DNA of 64,000 bases from the human T2T-CHM13v2.0 reference genome, Homo sapiens: NCBI RefSeq assembly GCF_009914755.1, contig NC_060926.1; one strand, 5' to 3'. The stretch's first letter is position 1, and each line of letters begins with the position of its first letter. The notes below the pieces were generated by a model. It worked only from the letters and a program-made list of their open reading frames with translations. It had not been told where the DNA came from and ran no database searches. This document shows positions 52,372 through 64,000 of this stretch, piece after piece. The position numbers and the translations under genes were made by a program.

Positions 52372-52963
52372 AAAATAAAGATGAAACAACCATGTTTTGT
52401 GCCAATAAAATTTGTGATTATAGATCACTATCCTATAAGGGATCTATAAATAGAGGCATAACCTCTGCAAATTCTTAAAATACTTAAAAAACCCCAGCCA
52501 AAGCAAACAAACTATAAAAAAGTATGCATATATGTTGTTTGTGTTAGGGAGTGGGGATCACAGATAAGAATAAGAACTACAAAAGAAATTTATAGTAACA
52601 GCTGAATGCAAAAGATTTTCTCAGTACAACTTGGGATAGTGGAAGTGTCCACTGTCTTCTACATGTTACATGTAGGATGTTACAAAATTAACACCATGGT
52701 ACTCTGAGTCTATAAAATTGTAACTGTAGTATTTGTTATAAAGTCTGTATTTTGAGCAAATTTGGACTAAAATATGACATAAAACTGTCTAGGCTTTTGG
52801 AAACGTGGTGAATAAATTCTTTGAGGCTTTCCAAAATCAATGTTTTAAAGCATGATATATGTATTTTTAGATGTAACTAGCACTTCTTTACATTGAGAGC
52901 ATTCACAGAGTTCATTTCACAAAGTATTTTCTGATCACAATAACAGTTTAACGAGGCACATAC

Positions 52964-53060
52964 CTTTGCCTTCAACTTGAGAGTGATTAAATGCTCTCTA
53001 CCAGAAGCATCTTCTGCTTTTAACTTGATGGTACTGAAGCAGGTATCCGCATACACAAGT
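52964..53060 (-). CDS. FANCL: FANCL exon 6: LVYADTCFSTIKLKAEDASGREHLITLKLKAK
   Basis: 97 nt, ctcaccAG|A CTT GTG...AAG|GTATGT; also seen in ORF track 52877-53092. Confidence 0.97.
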
Positions 53061-55729
53061 CTGGTGAGCAGAGGAGAATAAAAAATGATCACACCGGGGA
53101 GAGCTGGAGAGGGGAACTGGAGATGGTTGAATTTGAAATGAAAATATTTGCTATATTCCTATTAATCCATTATAAAAATCAGAGCAATTTCTGCATGCCA
53201 ACCCTTTCTGCTGCTATAGATTTACTGCCGTTCATATACCAGCCTAGCACTTAATGCAGTCATATATCTCTGGATTATTTACAATGTGTGTCAAGGCTCA
53301 TGCTGTGGTCAGTGAGCACTATGTTTCAGTTTTCCATCACTGGAACCTTTGGCACACACAGCATGTTCCTGTCAGCCTCTACTTATGTACACATTAAACT
53401 TCCTGTCAAACTCTTTGATCCATTTCTGTAGTTTCATACAGTATGAGACTTTAATGCTCCCTTTGTTTTTCTCCTCAATGAACTTCTCCTATATTATCAA
53501 TAATGTTACCGTACAAAAATCTAGCTGGTATTTGTTCATATACTCAAATTGATCCTCTAAGGAAAATGCTGTATAAGCACAGGTACAGCCTGGTCTCCTA
53601 ACAATAAATTTTCTTTCTGCACGATATATAGCTTCTGACACTTAACCTATGCATGTATTCAAGATGACTAATATTCTAAACATATAGCACAAGCACAACT
53701 GCTTTGGCTTTAAGTTACCCTAAATGCATGAATTTTCTACAATGGAAACCAATATCCTTTGAAATATATAATTCTGTAAAAATACGGTCCCTTGAGTAGC
53801 ATAAGCTACTGCCAAAAAGGTTCAAATTTAGCAGTATATTTACTAGTGAACTGGGCATATGGATATTTTTGACATTTTTACAATGCTATTCTCTTATAAA
53901 GATAAAAAGTAGTCTAAGAGTATTGCAAAACTTATCACCCAGGCTGATAGTAAGACCCATTGGAGTTCAGAATATAAGCCTCCTAACTTAGGAAATATAT
54001 TTTTTAATATCACTATATGCCATTTAGATACTGACCAGGTACTATATAATGATAACATGGGCTAATTTCAAGAAATGCACAATGAAGTTGTGAAACACTG
54101 TAATGAAAATATGTCTAAATCTGAAGATATCTATCTTCAATAATACAATGGAAATTTTATCATAATCTGTAGAAAGTCTAGGGTCTTAGAAAACAAAACT
54201 ATTCTAGAAAGTGTTTTATACACATAAAAATAACAATGACTATATTTTCTTTCAGCTATATCTGTAAATGCTTCACCTCCAAAAAAAATTAGAATGTCTT
54301 TATCACGTTTTACCATATGACTCTGAAGTTCAGATATATCAATACCTGACTCTTAAAACTCCCACACTTCAGATTCAAGATGTTAAGCACATGCATTTAT
54401 ATTCTCTACTTCCAGAAAAATTAATCATTTAAAAAATGTTTCAAAGGTATAAACCTACAGTTACAAAAAAAGAAGAAGGAATAGTATTAATTGAAGCAAA
54501 CTTCAACAACTTTTAGGAAAATGTAGAGTAGTTAAAAGAGCACTGGCTGATAAAACAGAAAAGAAGAGAGAACAAGGACTCCAGGCAGAAACAGCTGGCA
54601 AAAATGCAGTGTTCAGGATAGAGAGTATGACTGATATACTGGCAGAAATTATGGGAATTTTTAAGTGCATGATAAAAGGGGGAAGAAGAAACTTTAAACC
54701 AAATTATAAACAATAAAACTGCATTAAAAATGGTAATTACTCTGCCACTAACTTTTCAGTTAAAAATATTTATGTAGTCGTAAAAAATTAAACTGTTACT
54801 AGTTACAATTTTTAGAATCCAAGAATACGCAATGCTAAAAGACTTAATTATAGTTATAGAGACTAATGTAAATATATTTGACTACTACAATTTAAAATGA
54901 AGAATTGACAAAAATTGGGAAGTAGAAATGGGAAAGATACCAGAATGGAAAATTAGAAACAATAAAATCTGTAATTGCTAATTTGAAAGTCAAGAGATAC
55001 CATCTTTAATTGAATGGACGTGAAAGAGGTTTAAGAAACAGTAAAGCTAATGGAAAAATAAAAAAGAAAAGCAAAAGAGAAATAATACATTAGCTAAATT
55101 CTTTTTCATTAATCAGTTCATAATTCCTAAAAAATAAAGAAATATTGCATGTAGGCAGATTATTTAGAAACATGGAAGTTGTAAACATGAATATTTCAAA
55201 GTATTTGTCTCAAAGAATAAGACTGGGGATAGAAAATAATATGGGAGACTGCTTTTCTTTATAAGCCTTAAATAGTTCATAACCATGATGAATATAAAGA
55301 GGGAGAGAGAAGGCATGCACGTTTAAGAGGGGTGGAAGAAAAAACTACATCACCACCTACTACTTTCTGTACTTCACATTGTTGCTCACCATCACAATGT
55401 TTAAAATCATTTTTTAACATCTATAAAATAACACAGAAATAAAAGCTCTTTAGTTCTTTGTTTGTAATCACATAACATAAAATTATCATCATCCCACAAT
55501 GTAAGTCAGAGAGGTAATACACTACAGAAAAAGTGCCACGCTCAAAAATATGGCCTGTAAGCCAAAATGGCCATGAGGTTGATTTTGTTAAACTTTAAGA
55601 CGCAATTTAAATAAAGCAGTAAAAAACATTTATACTTTCAGATTAATATCAGCATGGCCATTTAAAATCAAGGTACATTTTACCCATGCTGCTTCCTGGT
55701 CACTTTGTTTGGGGCACAGAAAGAAACCT

Positions 55730-56477
55730 TACTGTGATTATTAATAGGTTGAGTATATGCGACCTTGATTGTCAATTGCCCTCTAGTATTTAACTTACCT
55801 TCTCCAGTTTGGTAATAGGATCCCTGCCCCCACTCAACTCTCAATAAAACCAAGTTTTAGCAGGATCCACTTCACCCAGCTAGTGACTTGTCCTAGCTGC
55901 CCTTGCAAGGAGGTGTTGGCATATAACTACATTTTGGCCAGTGGACTACAAGCACAAGTGATGTGTGCTTTTGGGGGTTCATTTATAACAGAACTATGCT
56001 TTCCTCTCTTCCCTCCTCTTACTCTCCTTTCCTGTAGACTACAATTTGGACAGGCCAATATGAGCTAGCAAAGATCATGAGGACAGGAACAACACTCTAT
56101 AAAGCAGTAACCAACACAACACTCTGTGATGATGAAGGTATGACATATCTGCACTGTTTAAAACGGTAGCCACCAGCCACGTGTCTATGAGGGACTCAAA
56201 ATGTGGCTAGTGGGTTTTTTAGTTAAGTTAATTTAAATGTAAATGTCAATAGCCACACATGGCTACTGAACAATGCAGTCACAGCGGATGGCTGAGAAAC
56301 AAAAGAAACCTGGATTCTTGAATGTCCTTGTGAAGAGAGGCACCAACCCACTCTTGACCATCTGCCTACCTCTGAATTGTTAAATGAGAGATGAATAAAA
56401 TTCTACCTTGTTTCAACTACTGAGGATTTACATTTCTCTTTGTTAATAGTGGCCTAGCCTATGATATAACTAATAGA
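55730..56477. mobile_element. Probable MLT1 (MaLR) solo LTR with a nested MER3-like MITE (about 56100-56280)
   Basis: 'aagaaacctggattcttgaatg...gagagatgaataaaattctaccttgttt...taactaataga'; MER3-like 'ggtagccaccagccacgtg...aaatgtggctagtg'. Confidence 0.55.
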
Positions 56478-56610
56478 GACTATTTGTATCAATTTATGAC
56501 AGAAAAAAATATCTTGGTGTTTGGTGTATGGAAGAGATCTTAAAGGAAAAAAAGAGTGATAAACTCTTACAAGTGGTATCAAATCAGTTTGTCTAAGGAA
56601 GTCTGTTTCA

Positions 56611-56913
<303 letters not shown>

Positions 56914-58994
56914 TTAAGTTGGACGTCTCACTTTAGACAACAGGAAATAAATAACTTTCATTCACTTAAATAAAATATAAATCATTCAAATAATGATTTA
57001 GGAAACAATCATCATTGGAAAGCTCAAATTTTTAAATAAAATGCTAGCAATAAGCCCACAAAATAAGAATTAAGATTTGTATTTAGAAGGAGTTTAGATA
57101 TTATCACTAAGCTAAGCATATTCTAAAATTGACAAAGCAAATATAAAACTGAAGTATAAAATCTAAAGAAATAAAATATTTTACTTTTGGCACTCCACTT
57201 TGTATTTATCATTTGCTATATTTCTTTATAAGTTAAATTTTTTAAACATTTAAAATGTTTGTTAATAATAAAGCTTCAGGGATGTTTTTGTTGTTGTCCC
57301 TGTTAATAGCTGAATGTCAACAAGTAAAACAAAGTAGAAGAAATGTGTTTTACATAGCTCATAAAATACTGCACTTATATTGACCAAGAGTTTAAGTTAT
57401 TTAGCTTTTATTTTCTTTAGCCATCTAGATGCATTTAAGTAGTATTAACATCAACAGGCAGACTGCTTCAAAAGACAGACTGAAGACCTTCATGTTTGAA
57501 TAAAGCATCCAAGTTTCCACTTTTATTGCCACTCTCAAGTTTAAGCATTAACTACTTCATATCTGGATTACTAGAAACAATCTTCCTAATGCGTGTCTTT
57601 ACTTCGTCTCTGTACACCAATCCATTCTGCCTTCTGTGTCTAATCTTCCTAAATACATTTTTAATCATATCAATCCCTTGCTCAAAAATATTCAATGAGT
57701 CCCTATCACCTGCATATAGAGAATCATTAGCCTCGTAGTCAAGACCCCTCTGTTTAGCCCTAATATGTTAATCCCCTTATGTGAGCCACTGATCTACTCC
57801 AAAGTCAAAAAATAAATTGCACATTTCTATTGCTACAACCTTGCCTTCACCATTCCTTCCCTTTAAAGGCTCTGTATATTCCTTCAAAGCTTATCCCAAC
57901 ATTCATCTCCTCTAAGAACTCTCCTAAATTATTTGTAGCCCAAAATGCTTCAAATTCCTCCAAACTCACATTGCTCCTTTTCATGTAAGTTTTAGCTTGC
58001 CAAACACATAATAAACTTTTTAATAAGGAATATGAAAGCTTTATATTCCTATGTATGTGTCAGTGTACCATGTTCCATGTATATATGACAATGTAGAGGA
58101 TGTTGTCAGACTGGTTCACATTTACTGATTCATGTGTAAGTTTCAAACAATAGCTGAAAGCAAACTGTTTTAATTAAATACTGTTAAGCATATTACCAAC
58201 CTAGAAAAACATGATTTTTTTTTTACTACTAGATAATTTGCAGTTATTCAATGACATGGATTTATGTATGAAGAAAAATCATCCTATTTATAAAGGTTTT
58301 CAGTTTAACTGAAAACCATACTGGTTAATGTCTATGCTATTATGTTTTACAAAAAATTATCATTATTGGTTGTAATTAAGTCATAACACTAATTAAGTAC
58401 TATAAAACTCAGAGGCAGTCTGACAGTCAGTTGAACTAGTATCTCAACAACTTGATACACCTACTTTACACTAGGAACTATATGAGTCACATAACATGCC
58501 TCTTTGAAATCTTTATTATTAGGCATTATTAGCTTCCTTTAAAAAATGAAAAAATGTGACTTAAAGAGATTAAGTTTGCCCAAGATCACACAGCAGATAA
58601 GCAAGAATTAAAGCTCTGGTATAATTATTGGAATGAATTTAGTATGAACAAGGATCTCCATTTCCCCAATATGTTAAAAATCTTCAAATGCATTAACAAT
58701 TATACAAAATATCACCATTAATCAGCTTCTAAGATAGTGGGCTTAATCAAAAACCTACCAATATATGTTGACAATCTCCCAGTTCGCACATCAGATTTAG
58801 TAAAACTCAGTTAGCTCTTTCCCAAGACAAACTTGAAAAGTTCAACTAGTTGAAGTGTACTCACTCTAGACTCTAAATGATAAATAATATATTGTTTAAA
58901 AAGGACAAAAGTATCAGCACATTTCTACTAGAACCATTTAACTTCTGAATTATCTAGGAACATATGATTATTACAATAAATGTATCTTATAAAG

Positions 58995-61281
58995 TGTATT
59001 AGTCTGTTTTCATGCTGCTAAGACACACCCAAGACTTGGCAATTTACAAAAGAAAAAGGCTTAATTGGACTCACAGTTCCATGTGGCTGGGGAAGGCTCA
59101 CAATCATGGTGCAATGCAAGGAGGAACAAGTCCCATCTTACACGGATGGCAGCAAAGACAGAATAAGGAAGATGCAAAAGCAGAAACCCAATAAAACCAT
59201 CACATCTCATGACACTTATTCATTACCATGAGAACAATATGGGGGAAACCGCCCTCCCACAACACATGAGAACTGTGGGAGTACAATTCAAGATGAGACT
59301 TGGGTAGGGACACAGAGTCAAACCATATCATTCTACCCCTGACCCCTCCCCAAATGTCCTCACATTTCAAAACCAATCATGCCTTCCCAACAGGCCCCCC
59401 AAAGTCTTAACTTATTTCATCATTAACTCAAAAGTCCACAGTCCAAAGTCTCATCTAAGACAAGGCAAGTCTCTTCCACCGATGAGCCTAATAAAATCAA
59501 AAGCAAGTTAGTTACTTCCTAGATACAACAGGGGTATAGGCATTCGATAAATACAGCCATTCCAAATGGGAGGAATTGGCCAAAACAAAGGAGCTACAGG
59601 CCCCATGCAAGTCCAAAATCCAGCAGGGCAATCAAATCTTAAAGCTCCAAAATGATCTCCTTTGACTCCATGTCTCACATCCAGATCATGCTGATACAAG
59701 AGTTGAGTTCCCATGACCTTGGGGAGCTAGACCCCTGTGATTTTGCAGGGTATGGCACCCCCACCCGGCTGAGTTCATGGGCTGGTGTTGAGTGCCTGTG
59801 GCTTTTCCAGGCACAGTGTGCAAGCTGTCAGTGGATCTACCATTCTGGGGTCTGGAAGATGGTGGCCCTCTTCTCACAGCTACACTAGGCGGTGCCTCAG
59901 TAGGGACTCTGTGTGGGGACTCCAATCCCACACTTCCCTTCCGCATTGTCCTAACAGAGGTTCTCCATGAGGGCCCCACCCCTGCAGCAAACTTCTGCCT
60001 GGGCATCCAGGAATTTCCATACATCTTCTGAAATCTAGGCGGAGGTTCTGAAACCTCAGTTCTGGACTTCTGTGCACCCACAGGCTCAACAACATGTGGA
60101 AGCTGCCAAGGCTTGGGGTTTGCACCCTCTGCAGCCACGGCCCAAGCTCTACACTGGCCCTTTTCAGCCACAGCTGGAGCAGCTGGGATGCAGGGAACCA
60201 AGTCCCTAGCCTGCACACAGTGCTGGGACCCTGTGCCCACTTTTTCCTCCTACACCTCCAGGGCTGTTATGTGAGTGGCTGCCGTGAAGACCTCTGGCAT
60301 GCCCTGGAGACATTTTCCCCATTATCTTGGGGACTAACATTTGGCTCCTTGTTACTTATGCAAATTTCTGCAGCTGGCTTGAATTTCTGCTCAGAAAACG
60401 GGATTTTCTTTTCTATCACATTGTCAGGCTGCAAATTTTTTGAACTTTTATTTTATGCTGTTTCCCTTTTAAAACTAAATGCTTTTAATAGCACCCAAGT
60501 CACCTCTTCAATGTTTTGCTGCTTAGAAATTTCTTCCACCAGATACCCTAAATCATCTCTCTCAAGTTCATAGTTCCACATATCTCTAGGGCAGGGGCAA
60601 AATACCACCAGCCTCTTTGCTAAAACATAACAAGAGTAACCTTTGCTCCAGTTCCCAACAAATTCCTCACCTCCATCTGAGACCACCTCAGCCTGGACCT
60701 TACTGTCCATATCACCATCAGCATTTTGGGCAAAGCCAAGCAACTAGTCTCTAGGAAGTTCCAAACTCTCCCACATTTTCCTATCTTCTGAGCCTTCCAA
60801 ACCGTTCCAACCTCTGCCTGCTACCCAGTTCCAAAGTCGCTTCCACATTTTCAGGTATCTTCTCAGCAATGCCCCACTCTACTGGTACCAATTTACTGTA
60901 TTAGTCTGTTTTCATGCTGCTGATAAAGACATACCCAAGATTGGGCAATTTACAAAAGAAAGAGGTTTAATTGGACTTACAGTTCCACATGGCTGGGGAA
61001 GCCTCACAATCATGGTGGAAGGCAAAGAGGAGCAAGTCCCATCTTACATGGATGGCAGCAGGCAAAGAGAGAATGAGGAAGATGCAAAAGCAGAAACCCC
61101 TGATAAAACCATCAGATCTCCTAAGACTTATTCATTACCATGAGAACAGTATGGGGGAAACTGCCCCCGTGATTAAATTATCTTCCACCGGGTCCCTCCT
61201 GCAACACATGGGAATTGTGGGAGTACAACTCAAGATGAGATTTGGGTGGGGACACAGGGGATACAGAACCAAACCATATCA
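58995..61281 (-). mobile_element. Full-length THE1 (THE1A-like) MaLR element: 5' LTR 60897-61281, internal region 59331-60896, 3' LTR 58995-59330
   Basis: Two homologous LTRs TGTATTAGTC...AAACCATATCA, about 1.57 kb internal region, perfect 5-bp TSD TAAAG (58990-58994 / 61282-61286). Confidence 0.93.
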
Positions 61282-62424
61282 TAAAGTGATATGTATTTCT
61301 TCCAAACTGGGACATATTTGAGACTGACAGGGGCCAAAACAAAAAGCATAAATTAGGGCTGTCCTAGGCAAAATGGTATGCATGATAAGCTACTCAAAGC
61401 AAAAGTATTTGGTACTTTCAACTCTAGGATACTCTTAATACCAAACAGAAAATCTTGTTAAACACAAAGGACTGTTTAATTCTTATTTTTTTAATAGGCC
61501 ATTCTGTAAAACAACATGGGCAGAAGTTAACAGAAACCCACCAAGACATCATTTTGTATCACTTACCTTTGTGAGCCAGTGTTACACCCAAAATAACCCA
61601 GACCTGTCATACCATCTTCACGTTAACCTTTGGGGAAGTTGCTGTTTTGACTGTGTTTTTATAGAAATTGAAATAAGAACAGAAATTATAACAATAGCAA
61701 TCAAACTTAAGGTCAACTACTAATTCTCAATATTATTTCCATATTTCTTTCTAAGGAAAGAAAGGGAAGCTTTCATCTTATTTTAAATATTTCTTTTTCT
61801 TTTCCAACTTAGAATTTGTATAATGTCTAATCCTATAGAGTTGATTAGAAATACCAAATATGTAATTTAAAAACACAGCAAGGCCAGCATTATCTAACAA
61901 GGATTTTTCTGTATCAGATTTTATGATTATACTGACAAATCTACAAGATTATTATTTAGAGTGTAAGGAAAATACAGACTTATTGACAGAGTCTAGAAAT
62001 CATTAAGATTCTGTAAATACATTTAAATCAATCTGTCATGCAAATCATTGTGTGTGTCATTTCAAAAGATAATTTAAATTAAGAATTTAGCCAGCTCCTC
62101 AGGCGGGGCCTTAAACAGTAGCAATTCTAGTATGTGGACAGCACAGTTCAGGTCTCAGCTTTAGATCAGCAGGTCCTGAAACCCAATTTTATCAGTGTAT
62201 GTGTGTACCAGACCTAATTTAAGAGTTAAGCCATAAAAATAAAGTTGATAGGTTTTGTCACTCTACCAGACAGTAATGGATTAACACAAACAGAATTATC
62301 TTCTTTGGCTTCTCACAATCCATGCACACCACTTCTCTTCTGCTAAAACATTCTTTATTTTTAAACAGTATAAAACAAATGATTAAGTAACAGCAGCTAA
62401 ATCGAAAGTCATTTATTCATCCTA

Positions 62425-62578
62425 GGCCAGGCATGGCAGCGAACACCTGTTAATCCCAGCATTTTGGGAGGCTGAGGCAGGAGAATCATTTCAGCCCAGG
62501 AGTGTGAGACTCGCCTGGGCAATACAGCAAAACCTTGTCTCTTAAAAAAGAAAAAAAAAAAAAAAGAGAGGGAAAAAA
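62425..62578 (+). mobile_element. FLAM/Alu monomer
   Basis: Single Alu arm plus A tail; flanks AAAGTCATTTATTCATCC / AAAGTCATTCATCC. Confidence 0.8.
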
Positions 62579-63345
62579 AGTCATTCATCCACCTTAGTAA
62601 CTATAATTAAACTATAATCTTTCACAAATCTACGCAACAGATTTTGAAACTCTCCAAGGGTGTGTTAATTTTGCAAATCGTCCATTTTATTCGTGGTAAG
62701 ATACTTTTTATTAGTTTCACCCTCAATGTGTGACTATCTCCAGGTAGTTGGGGAGAATTTATTAAAGGCTCCATATCGGAGCTGCCCTATGGGACAACTC
62801 TAGGGAGCATCATTCACACAGAATGCCTGAGTGGTGTTATGTACCCAGCCCTGTCTATATACACTTGTTTTATAGAAAAAGTTGGAAATAAAAATATTTA
62901 TCCTAAAATTTATCCTGAGAAATTAAATAAGAATACATGAAGCACCTAGCACAGTCAGTGGCACACAACAGAAACTTCATAAACAACAGTCCCAGTATGT
63001 AACAATCTTAGTGAAAAAAGGAGGCAATTATATTGTGATAAGTGACATATGATAGAGATATTCATATCCTTATTTTTGGCTTTCATCTATTATCGAAGTT
63101 AGAAATCTGTTCCTTTTTCTCCTACATTAGAACAATGGGTATAATACAAAGCAAAAGACAACACTTTCTATTTAGCTCACAAAACACTTACTCCATATTT
63201 TATATACTTGACTATTTCTCTTATAACTCTCAAGAATCCTATAATTATACTCTACCCTTCTTATCGTGGTCATAATTCAGTATTACTATGATCAACTACC
63301 TAAATTCTGACTCTTCCACTAGATATAAGTTCCATGAGGAATCTT

Positions 63346-63646
63346 TATTGTTGTTGCTCTTGTTGACAGGGTCTCACTGTCACCTAGACTGAAGTGCAGT
63401 GGTGTGATCTCAGCTCCCTGCAGCCTCGACCTACCCAGGCTCAAGTGATCCTCCCACCTCAGCCTCCCGAGAAGCTAGGTGCGTACCACCACACCTAATT
63501 TATTTATTTATTTATTTTTGTATTTTGTAGACACGGGGTTTCACCATGTTGCCCAGGTTGGTCTCAAACTCCTGAGCTCAAGTGATCTGCCCCACCTCAG
63601 CCCCCCAAAGTACTGGGATTACAGGTGTGAGCCACCACACCTGGCC
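63346..63646 (-). mobile_element. AluJ-like SINE with perfect 13-bp TSD, probably inserted in an L2 3' remnant
   Basis: TSD CATGAGGAATCTT 63333-63345 / 63647-63659. Confidence 0.9.
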
Positions 63647-64000
63647 CATGAGGAATCTTAAGTCTTGCCTTATGTATCCTTAGTGCTTTACATTATAGGA
63701 AGTCCATAAATATTATTAGCAGGGTAAAAAAATGAGTGATTCAAAAATCTCATATCACATCCTTAACGCTTCAACTGATTTTTCTTATTGCACTTCTCTC
63801 AACCATGTCAGATCCACTGAGGTAGGCTGCCTCAAACTCACCATCTCAATACAACAGAAATAAAACTAGAACATTTCCTCTGTCCTTGACAAACCCTTTC
63901 TACATTTCCAACTATGCTCTAAAAAACAAATATTAACATTAAGCATCTGAAGATAAGTCAAAATAATATTTCTTTATTCCATCAATCTATACCTAAAGAA

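Noticed and set aside
59508-61321. Dense overlapping ORFs of 60-184 aa
   Set aside because: All lie within the THE1 internal/LTR sequence, which is GC-richer and stop-poor; no recognisable protein.

Overview
AT-rich, repeat-dense primate genomic DNA, very probably human chr2p16.1, at the convergent VRK2/FANCL locus. The + strand carries the 3' end of VRK2: the terminal exon encoding the VRK2A membrane-anchor tail, and a small alternative exon encoding the VRK2B-type C-terminus VEA*. The - strand carries FANCL coding exons 6-14 (double-RWD and RING domains), with canonical GT-AG boundaries and consistent phases. The two genes overlap tail-to-tail at about 8.1-8.7 kb. FANCL intron 7 (32.7 kb) holds a full-length L1PA3-type element nested inside a full-length L1PA7-type element, both coding-dead. 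Intron 5 holds a complete THE1 (MaLR) element with a 5-bp TSD. Alus, hAT/Tigger MITEs and old L1M/L2/MIR fragments fill much of the rest. The most notable observations are: an identical +1 frameshift shared by the two nested L1s (possible short gene conversion), several in-frame alternative-splicing devices at the FANCL exon 7/8 junction including a candidate chain of cryptic exons, L1-derived exonisation of the VRK2B exon, a 114-bp templated insertion, and a DUX4-motif-bearing THE1 LTR pointing into FANCL. No prokaryote-type system (CRISPR etc.) is visible. Gene names, exon numbers and repeat subfamilies come from recalled sequences, not from a database search.
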